The notes beneath the pieces are model-generated. The model was not told the DNA's origin, ran no database searches, and saw only the letters and a list, made by a program, of their open reading frames with translations. The translations under genes and the position numbers were made by a program. 64,000 nt of DNA from Candidatus Woesearchaeota archaeon (GTDB taxonomy: Archaea > Nanobdellota > Nanobdellia > Woesearchaeales > GW2011-AR9), in the NCBI GenBank assembly GCA_018696595.1, contig JABHQW010000008.1, positions 1 through 64,000 of the forward strand. Reading direction: 5' to 3'. Below, piece after piece: positions 57,009 through 64,000 of the stretch; position 1 is the first letter of the stretch, and the number at the start of each line of letters is the position of its first letter.

Positions 57009-58730
57009 TTAACCTCCTTTTTTTGTAACTAAAAATTCTCCTATCGCCAGGTACTTAACATCTTCTGACTCAAGAAAAGCATGGATAGCTTGTTGAGAAT
57101 TATTTACAATCGGCAAACCTTTAATATTGAGTGATGTATTTATGAAAAGTGGAATTCCACTTATCTTTGAATACTCTTCTAATAAAGAATAATAAATATC
57201 ATCAGATTCTTCATTAACAGTGTGAACACGAACACTTCCATCAACATGCTGAGCAACTGGAACTATACTTTTAAATTTAGGTTTTATTGAATCAACTAAT
57301 AACATATAGGGAGACTTAGTTCCCCTCACAAGCCACTTCTTAGCTTCAGTTTCAAGAATAGTAATGGCAAATGGACGGAATTGTTCTCTTTGCTTAATAT
57401 TATTTAGTTTCTCTTGCATATTCTTATCTACGGCAGATGCCAGAATGCTTCTTGACCCTAAAGCCCGTGGACCAAATTCTAACCTTCCTTGAAACCACAT
57501 AACAACTTCTCCTTTGTGCAATAATTTCGCTACTGTTTTATGAATTGCTTTGTCTTTAGAAAATTCTAGTTCATATTTTTTCAAAACATCTTCAATCTCT
57601 CTCAATGAATATTCGGGACCAAGAGATGCATTTTTCATTGGTTCTGGTTTAACACCTTTATTAGATTCTTGTTGTAATAGATATGCAGCTCCGATAGCTA
57701 CACCTGCGTCATGTGATGCAGGTTGTATAAAAACTTCTTTAAATGGAGTTTTTTCCAATATAAATCCGTTAGTTACAGAATTCAAACAAACTCCGCCAGC
57801 CATTACTAATTTTGTTTTTCTCGTCTTTTTATGAATGTTATTAAGTTTTCCAAGTATGATCTCTTCAGTATACTTTTGCCATGTAGCAGCCACGTCACAA
57901 TGGACCTGCAGATATTTTCCTGATTTAGCAGAAAGTGCACCAATCAGTTTCTCAAATTTTTCTTTAACTTGGCCTTTACAATCAGCTATTTTAAAGTAAT
58001 CTTTATCTATGCTCAACCAATCTTTACCTTTTTCAGGGAAAAATTTAATCATTTTCTTAAATTCCTTCATGTATTTCGGCTTTCCTAATGCTGCTAAACC
58101 CATTGTAACACCAGCTCTTTGCCATCCGGGAACAAAACCACAGTATTCACTGATTGCTCCCCAAATACAACCTAATGAGTTGGGGTGGCATATTGATCCT
58201 TTTACTTGTATTCCACTGTAATAATCAACCTTACCCCATAAACTACTCTTGTATTCACCTCTTGCATCAATTGTTAAGAATGCAGCATCATTAAATCCAG
58301 AAGCATAAAATGCTGAAGCAGCATGTGCTTTGTGGTGAGAAAAGAACTTTATTTTCAGGTTTGTAGGAAGTTTTCCAATATTTCTTTCAAAAACTTTCCT
58401 TATCCCTAATAATCTCAATAACTTTTTTATGGTCTTAGCAAAAACATAGTAGGGAGGGCGAAACTGAAACATGTACTCCTTTATCACCCTATCAAAAAAT
58501 AGTTCTTTTGGATTCCAACCTACTGCTATACCTTTCAAATTTTTAGGTAATATTCCTGCTTCTTTCAAACAGAACTTAATGGCATTTTTTGGAAAAAGAG
58601 AGTAGTGTTTTATTTGTCTAAAGCGTTCTTCTTCAGCCGCTGCTATAATATTGCCTTGTTCATCCATGAGACAAGCACTGCTGTCATGCGAATAAGCATT
58701 TAATCCTAAATAATAATGTTTATTTTTCAT
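57009..58730 (-). CDS. Carbamoyltransferase, NodU/CmcH family
   Basis: HDSSA, EEERF..IKH, HH.AHAASA, GGVCLN, EFGPRALG, HVDGS.R, NTSLN. Confidence 0.92.
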   Translation of the reverse strand: MKNKHYYLGLNAYSHDSSACLMDEQGNIIAAAEEERFRQIKHYSLFPKNAIKFCLKEAGILPKNLKGIAVGWNPKELFFDRVIKEYMFQFRPPYYVFAKTIKKLLRLLGIRKVFERNIGKLPTNLKIKFFSHHKAHAASAFYASGFNDAAFLTIDARGEYKSSLWGKVDYYSGIQVKGSICHPNSLGCIWGAISEYCGFVPGWQRAGVTMGLAALGKPKYMKEFKKMIKFFPEKGKDWLSIDKDYFKIADCKGQVKEKFEKLIGALSAKSGKYLQVHCDVAATWQKYTEEIILGKLNNIHKKTRKTKLVMAGGVCLNSVTNGFILEKTPFKEVFIQPASHDAGVAIGAAYLLQQESNKGVKPEPMKNASLGPEYSLREIEDVLKKYELEFSKDKAIHKTVAKLLHKGEVVMWFQGRLEFGPRALGSRSILASAVDKNMQEKLNNIKQREQFRPFAITILETEAKKWLVRGTKSPYMLLVDSIKPKFKSIVPVAQHVDGSVRVHTVNEESDDIYYSLLEEYSKISGIPLFINTSLNIKGLPIVNNSQQAIHAFLESEDVKYLAIGEFLVTKKGG

Positions 58731-58831
58731 TTTAATTCTCTTTATTACTTGATAGTGATTATTACTCTAATAGGCATATTAAATTATTCCTTGTTTTTCT
58801 TAATTAACCACAAGATTTAAATAAGGTTTCT

Positions 58832-59845
58832 GTGTTATATGAGAATATGAACTTAAATGCTAAAGACAAAAAAATACTAGCAGAATTAGATTTAAATGCC
58901 AGAGCCCCATTTCAGGAGCTAGGAAAAAAAACAAGATTATCAAAGGAAACAGTTATTTATAGAATTAAAAATCTTGAAAAAAAAGGAATTATACAAAGAT
59001 ATACAACATTAGTGAATTGGGGGAAATTAGGATATACCGGATTTGGAGTTTACAATCGGTTTCAAAATGTTAATGAGAGTTTGAAAAAAGAGATAATTGA
59101 ATATCTAAGCAAAATCCCTGAACTTTATTGGATAGCCACAATTGGAGGGAAATTTGATATAGTCTTTGGAGTTATAGCAAAAAGTGTCTATGAATTTAAC
59201 ACTATCCATTACCAGATTCTTGCAAAGTACGGAAATCATCTTGTTGACAATAGTGTAACCATAAGAACAGAGTTAAGACAAAACAAAAGAGATTACTTAA
59301 CAGGAAATAAACCCAAATTATTCAAACCTCCTTACTTTGGAAAGAAACCAGAGATTGAAGAACTTGATGAGTTAGATTCTATAGTCTTATCATTAATGTC
59401 AAATAATGCTCGTATGAGCATAATAAAACTTGCCCAGATTATTAAAAAACCAGCTAGTACTATCGCTTTGAGAATTAAGAATTTAGAAAAAAGAGGCATA
59501 ATACAAGCATACACTACTTACATAAAATCGCAAAATTATGGCATGCAAAGTTATCGGTTATTGTTTAACTTGCAAAATATGGAAGAAAAAGTAAGAAGCA
59601 GTCTTTTCTCTTATGCATATTCAAATCCAAAGATGGTTTTAGCAATAGAAACTGTAGGGAAATGGAACTTTGAAATCACTATAGAAGTTGAATCGCAGGA
59701 GGAATTACAAAAAGAAATCTCAAAGTTAAGAAGAGAATTTAGTGACATTATAAAAAATGTAGAATTCATAGTTATGTTTGAAAACGATTTAATTTATGAC
59801 CCTTATCCTCTTAAAAAAGTAGAAAGAGAGAAACTACTAAAATAA
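58832..59845 (+). CDS. Tandem (duplicated) Lrp/AsnC family regulator
   Basis: Two HTH-RAM units (KDKKIL.EL..NAR...; LDSIVL..NAR...). Confidence 0.85.
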   Translation: MLYENMNLNAKDKKILAELDLNARAPFQELGKKTRLSKETVIYRIKNLEKKGIIQRYTTLVNWGKLGYTGFGVYNRFQNVNESLKKEIIEYLSKIPELYWIATIGGKFDIVFGVIAKSVYEFNTIHYQILAKYGNHLVDNSVTIRTELRQNKRDYLTGNKPKLFKPPYFGKKPEIEELDELDSIVLSLMSNNARMSIIKLAQIIKKPASTIALRIKNLEKRGIIQAYTTYIKSQNYGMQSYRLLFNLQNMEEKVRSSLFSYAYSNPKMVLAIETVGKWNFEITIEVESQEELQKEISKLRREFSDIIKNVEFIVMFENDLIYDPYPLKKVEREKLLK

Positions 59846-59860
59846 TATCTTTAGTATAAA

Positions 59861-60577
59861 CTAAACACCTTCAATACCTTCGCCAATAATCTTGAACTTG
59901 AACTCAAGACCTTCAGGAAGTGAACGATGTTTCCGCAATATTAAACCACGGCAGTTAGAAAAGCTTCTCAATTCAATTAAACATTTCGAACCATACTTCA
60001 ACAAATCGCCACCAACCATCTTAACTTGATCTCTGTTATCGAAATCAGAATAAACTTGATTTGTTATCAACACAGGAATTTTCTTACGCCGAGCAATCTC
60101 AACCAAATAAGCAATCTGCCGACCCAAAGAAGCATTGACATCATAAACTTCAGTTGACCGACCCAATTCCAAACGATACAACATAGAAATAGAATCAACT
60201 ACAATCATGCCAATGGTTTCGTTAATCATGCCCCGAAGAGTTTCAAAAATCTCGTTCTGTTCAATAAAGTTAACTGGATTAAAGAAAACAATATTCTTCA
60301 ACACAGAATCATAATTTTTAGTTAACTGCTTAATTCTTTCCACACAGATACCACCTTCAGTATCAATAAATATTACCTTTTTGCCAGACTCCACTACTTT
60401 AACAGCAGAAACTAAACAAAGATTAGTTTTCCCAGTTCCAGAAGGCCCATAAATGGTTGTGATTATATCTGTATCGTAACCACCTGAAAGCAATTTGTCC
60501 AGTACTGAAGACCCAGTAGAAACTTTGTTCATGAGAAATAACCAGATTCTCCAAGTTATAAAGATTTCTAGTTTCAA
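59861..60577 (-). CDS. radB: DNA repair and recombination protein RadB
   Basis: GPSGTGKT, FIDTE, VVDSI, TNQV and KHR motifs. The start is probably MNKVSTG at 60532. Confidence 0.93.
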   Translation of the reverse strand: MKLEIFITWRIWLFLMNKVSTGSSVLDKLLSGGYDTDIITTIYGPSGTGKTNLCLVSAVKVVESGKKVIFIDTEGGICVERIKQLTKNYDSVLKNIVFFNPVNFIEQNEIFETLRGMINETIGMIVVDSISMLYRLELGRSTEVYDVNASLGRQIAYLVEIARRKKIPVLITNQVYSDFDNRDQVKMVGGDLLKYGSKCLIELRSFSNCRGLILRKHRSLPEGLEFKFKIIGEGIEGV

Positions 60578-61539
60578 CTATAATTGACTGGTTCTTTTCC
60601 AATTTGCATAATCTCTTCTTCTAATGGTCCAAAAACTTTGTCTAAGACAGGTTCAAGTAATTTTTCGTAAGCATCTTCAATTAAAAACTCTGGTGGTACT
60701 GGCAATTCTAGAGGCCCCAATTTCTTGATAAATTTTTTACGATATACCTCCAATCGCTGACTTGAAGTTAATGGATAATAAGAAAAAGCTGCTTCAATTC
60801 CCCAACAAACTTGATTCAGGTTACATTTCTCTTTTCGTTGTTTTCTTGTTATCTTTAATGGAAATAAACTAAATCCCCCCAATCTTTCTCCCTCCTGCTG
60901 AATTGATTTTCTTAATACTGCATTCCCTGTTATGTTTAAATAATTCGCAAAAGAAGATACATCTAATTCTTTAAACCAACCCTCATAAACTATTCCTTTC
61001 TCTTCTAAATCCTTAAAAATAACCTTATTGCTTAATTCTCTTGGCAAATCTATTCTTAAAACAGAATCCTGATAATAAACAAATTGTGTAGGGTCCGCAC
61101 CCACAAAATTAATTTTCACTTTCTCTCGAAGATTATTAGACATCCTTTCAGCAACAACCATAAGATCGTCAATTTTAGATTTTTCATAAACTTCTATATG
61201 TAAATCCCATCCATATATACGATGAGGATAATGAGTATTACTACTCTTTGCAATGATTGGTTCTGTAACAATCCTAGCGACCGTTTTCTTTTTCCAGGGA
61301 GGTAATCCTTCTGTCTCTTTCTCTTCAATCAGATGATCTTTCAGAATATCCCACGAAGCAGTTGAACCCAATAAACTTACAATGCCACTAGTCTTTTGAA
61401 TATAAAAATGACTCAGTCCCACTTTGTTCAATTCATTTTCAAAAACAGAATCATATTCTTCAACACAAATCTCTTCAAGTCTACCAACCATTATCCAACT
61501 AGGACCAAACCCAAATTCTATTTGATATTCTTCAACCAT
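60574..61539 (-). CDS. Hypothetical protein
   Basis: 321-aa clean ORF, divergent from the Lrp regulator; no family recognised. Confidence 0.65.
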   Translation of the reverse strand: MVEEYQIEFGFGPSWIMVGRLEEICVEEYDSVFENELNKVGLSHFYIQKTSGIVSLLGSTASWDILKDHLIEEKETEGLPPWKKKTVARIVTEPIIAKSSNTHYPHRIYGWDLHIEVYEKSKIDDLMVVAERMSNNLREKVKINFVGADPTQFVYYQDSVLRIDLPRELSNKVIFKDLEEKGIVYEGWFKELDVSSFANYLNITGNAVLRKSIQQEGERLGGFSLFPLKITRKQRKEKCNLNQVCWGIEAAFSYYPLTSSQRLEVYRKKFIKKLGPLELPVPPEFLIEDAYEKLLEPVLDKVFGPLEEEIMQIGKEPVNYS

Positions 61540-61642
61540 TTTTAATTACTCACTAATAGCAGTTCACCACAATAAATAACTTCCCCTCAGAACTTACCCC
61601 AAAACAGCAAGATTTAAATAATAATTACCCCATCAAGGCAAT

Positions 61643-62620
61643 ATGGACGAAATTAAGCTTGATGTTAAAGATAGAAAGATTTTGTATTATCTAGATATTG
61701 ATGCAAGACAACCATCCTCAAAAATCGCTAAGAAAGTTGGATTAAGTAAAGACGCTGTTAATTACAGAATCCAGAAGATGTTGAGATTAGGAATAATAAA
61801 ACATTTTTATACAGTTCTTAACACACCACAATTAGGTTTTATGCATTTTAACACCTTGTTTAGGTTTAGAAATATAAACCAAACAATAAAGAACAATTTT
61901 GTAAATTATTGCAAAAATAACCAAAAAGTTATTTGGTGCACTTCTTGTTATGGTGGTTGGGATTTTGGAGTTTCGTTTCTTGCAAAAGACTTGAACGAGT
62001 ATAATGAGTTTATTCAAGAAGTTCTTAATCAATTTGGAAAAAACATCCATGAAAAATCAATGTCCATGATATTAGATAGTCCAACATATTCACGAGAATA
62101 TTTGAAAGGAGGAAAAATTGGAAAAGAGTTCAAATATAAAGTATCAAAAAAAAATACTTTAGATCAAACTGAAAAAAAGATTTTATCAATTATTTCACAA
62201 AACGCGGAATTAACCGCTATTGAAATTGCTAACAAATTAAAACTAACAACAGATATTGTTCGTTACAGAATTAAACAATTAAAAAAGAAGAATATTATCC
62301 AGGGGTTTAGAATCTCTATTGATTTAGAAAAGATTGGTTACACATACTATAAACTATTATTTACACTTAAAGATTTAACAATTAAAAAAGAGAATGAACT
62401 TCGAGAATATTGTAAAACCCACCCTTACATAATCCAATTCATCAAATACTTAGGAAATTGGGAAATTCAAATAGAATTAGAAGTCCCTTCTGAAAAAAAG
62501 TTATTTGTGATTCTTGAAGACCTTAGAAACAGATTTGCAGAGATTATAAAAACTTATGAGGTTCTGCGACTTAAAGAAGAAAAACTTAATTATTATCCTT
62601 TCGAAGTTCAAACAACTTAA
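61643..62620 (+). CDS. Tandem Lrp/AsnC family regulator
   Basis: Two HTH-RAM units; paralogue of 58832-59845. Confidence 0.85.
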   Translation: MDEIKLDVKDRKILYYLDIDARQPSSKIAKKVGLSKDAVNYRIQKMLRLGIIKHFYTVLNTPQLGFMHFNTLFRFRNINQTIKNNFVNYCKNNQKVIWCTSCYGGWDFGVSFLAKDLNEYNEFIQEVLNQFGKNIHEKSMSMILDSPTYSREYLKGGKIGKEFKYKVSKKNTLDQTEKKILSIISQNAELTAIEIANKLKLTTDIVRYRIKQLKKKNIIQGFRISIDLEKIGYTYYKLLFTLKDLTIKKENELREYCKTHPYIIQFIKYLGNWEIQIELEVPSEKKLFVILEDLRNRFAEIIKTYEVLRLKEEKLNYYPFEVQTT

Positions 62621-62662
62621 AACTAAACACCTTTATATAAAAATAAACAATTTACACAAAAG

Positions 62663-64000
62663 ATGGAAAAAAAAGTAAAATATTGGTTGTTAGCGATATT
62701 CATCATTACGCTAACTGTAAGGTTAGTCCTAGCTTTTACAAGCCCTAATTTAACTTATGAATCATATTTTCATTTAAGACAAGTAGAACAAATTACAGAA
62801 ACAGGATTACCACAATACCAAGATACTTTATCGTATGGTGGCAGAGAAATGATTTTTCCGCCAGCGTTCCATTATCTAGCAGCTTTCTTCAACCTGTTCT
62901 TACCGTTAGGGTTTGTAGCTAAGCTCCTACCAAATCTTCTCATAGCATCCCTAACATTAATAGTTTATTTAATCAGCAAAAAAATAACTAACAACAACAA
63001 CGCCGCCTTAGGTTCAGCATTAATAACTGGTTTCTTACCAGTTTTATTCTCTACAAACTCCTTCACCCCAAACTCTTTATTTTTGCCATTAATTTTTCTA
63101 ACAGTTTATGCCTTCATAAATATTAAAGCAAAGAATGCATTATACATTTACATCGCCACCTTTTTCATAGCTTCCTTAACTAGCTCAGCAACAATCCTAC
63201 TATTATTAGGGTTTGCAATTTATCTTATCCTTTCATTATCAGAAAATAAAAAAATCAAACAAGCAGAATTAGAAGTGATGATTTTCTCGGTCTTCTTCTT
63301 CATTTGGATCCAGTTTTTATTCTATAAAAATATTTTTCTAAAACAAGGATTAGGTTTCATTTGGCAAAACATTCCAACACAAATTGTTCAACAATATTTC
63401 CCCCAAGTATCAATCCCACAAGCAATATTATTGGTAAGTGTTGTGCCTTTCTTGATAGGAGTAGTTGTTGCTTACCGGGCCTTATTTAAATTAAAAACAG
63501 AAAAATCATTTTTATTAATCAGTTTCGTTATTTCAACTACAGCATTAGCTTGGTTTAAATTGATTGAGTTCCATTTATCTTTATCTTTCTTTGCTATAAT
63601 TTTAGCAATTCTTTTCGCATCATTTTATCATGACATCACTAATTATATGAAAAAAACAAAAGCACCAAAATTAATAAAATATCTACAGGCAGCGTTAATT
63701 ATTCTAATACTAGCAACAACAATTTATCCAGCAATAAACGTAAGTCTTAAACAAGATCTACCATTAAAAGAAGAGATAGATGCTTTCCGTTGGTTACAAT
63801 ATAACTCCCCTCAGAATGCGGGAGTGGTTTCTTTATTAAAAGAAGGACATTTGATTACCCATTATAGTAAAAGAAAAAACTTAATGGACGACCATTTTAA
63901 TCTAATTGAAAAAGTTGAGGAAAGATTTACAGATTTAAACTCCTTATTCACAACTAAATTTAAAACTCAAGCACTACAAATCTTAGATAAATATCAAATC
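62663..64000 (+). CDS. Partial multi-pass membrane protein, GT-C (ArnT/PMT/STT3-like) glycosyltransferase-like
   Basis: MEKKVKYWLL...ESYFHLRQVE...D.LSYGGR..PPAFHY followed by many TM segments. Open to the window end, so missing from the ORF track. Confidence 0.65.
   Translation, partial: MEKKVKYWLLAIFIITLTVRLVLAFTSPNLTYESYFHLRQVEQITETGLPQYQDTLSYGGREMIFPPAFHYLAAFFNLFLPLGFVAKLLPNLLIASLTLIVYLISKKITNNNNAALGSALITGFLPVLFSTNSFTPNSLFLPLIFLTVYAFINIKAKNALYIYIATFFIASLTSSATILLLLGFAIYLILSLSENKKIKQAELEVMIFSVFFFIWIQFLFYKNIFLKQGLGFIWQNIPTQIVQQYFPQVSIPQAILLVSVVPFLIGVVVAYRALFKLKTEKSFLLISFVISTTALAWFKLIEFHLSLSFFAIILAILFASFYHDITNYMKKTKAPKLIKYLQAALIILILATTIYPAINVSLKQDLPLKEEIDAFRWLQYNSPQNAGVVSLLKEGHLITHYSKRKNLMDDHFNLIEKVEERFTDLNSLFTTKFKTQALQILDKYQI

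Noticed and set aside
2231-62050. The many 60-160 aa ORFs nested in or antisense to long genes (e.g. 4485-4763, 15858-16202, 51728-52213, 55296-55673)
   Set aside because: They fully overlap well-supported genes on the other strand or frame and have no motifs or RBS; expected by chance.

Overview
AT-rich (roughly one-third GC by eye) chromosomal segment of a DPANN archaeon, most likely Woesearchaeota. It has archaeal informational genes (TFB, RadB, GatD, TrmI, PAC2, uS2, Sua5), bacterial-type metabolic genes (type I GAPDH, AhcY, YvcK), AMP phosphorylase, class III (pilin-type) signal-peptide proteins and acidic S-layer-like proteins. Main highlights: (1) a ~16 kb co-oriented surface/pilin locus (10.6-26.9 kb) with two large secreted multi-enzyme proteins that carry peptidoglycan-targeting domains (M23, M15, SLT-like, SGNH, DUF218, metallophosphoesterase) and share a near-identical 221-bp linker; (2) a Janus/Ocnus (PHPT1-like) phosphohistidine phosphatase homologue in a TrmB-linked cassette with repeated leader elements and a shared palindromic operator; (3) a full-length RelA/SpoT homologue with a degenerate hydrolase motif; (4) two paralogous secreted proteins resembling outer-membrane beta-barrels; (5) a tRNA-Leu(GAG) with two introns (37/38 and T-loop 59/60); (6) an ahcY-adenosine kinase-MTAP/APRT fusion salvage operon; (7) several microproteins missing from the ORF track. 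No CRISPR array, rRNA or transposase was seen. All family assignments come from motif recognition by eye, not database searches.
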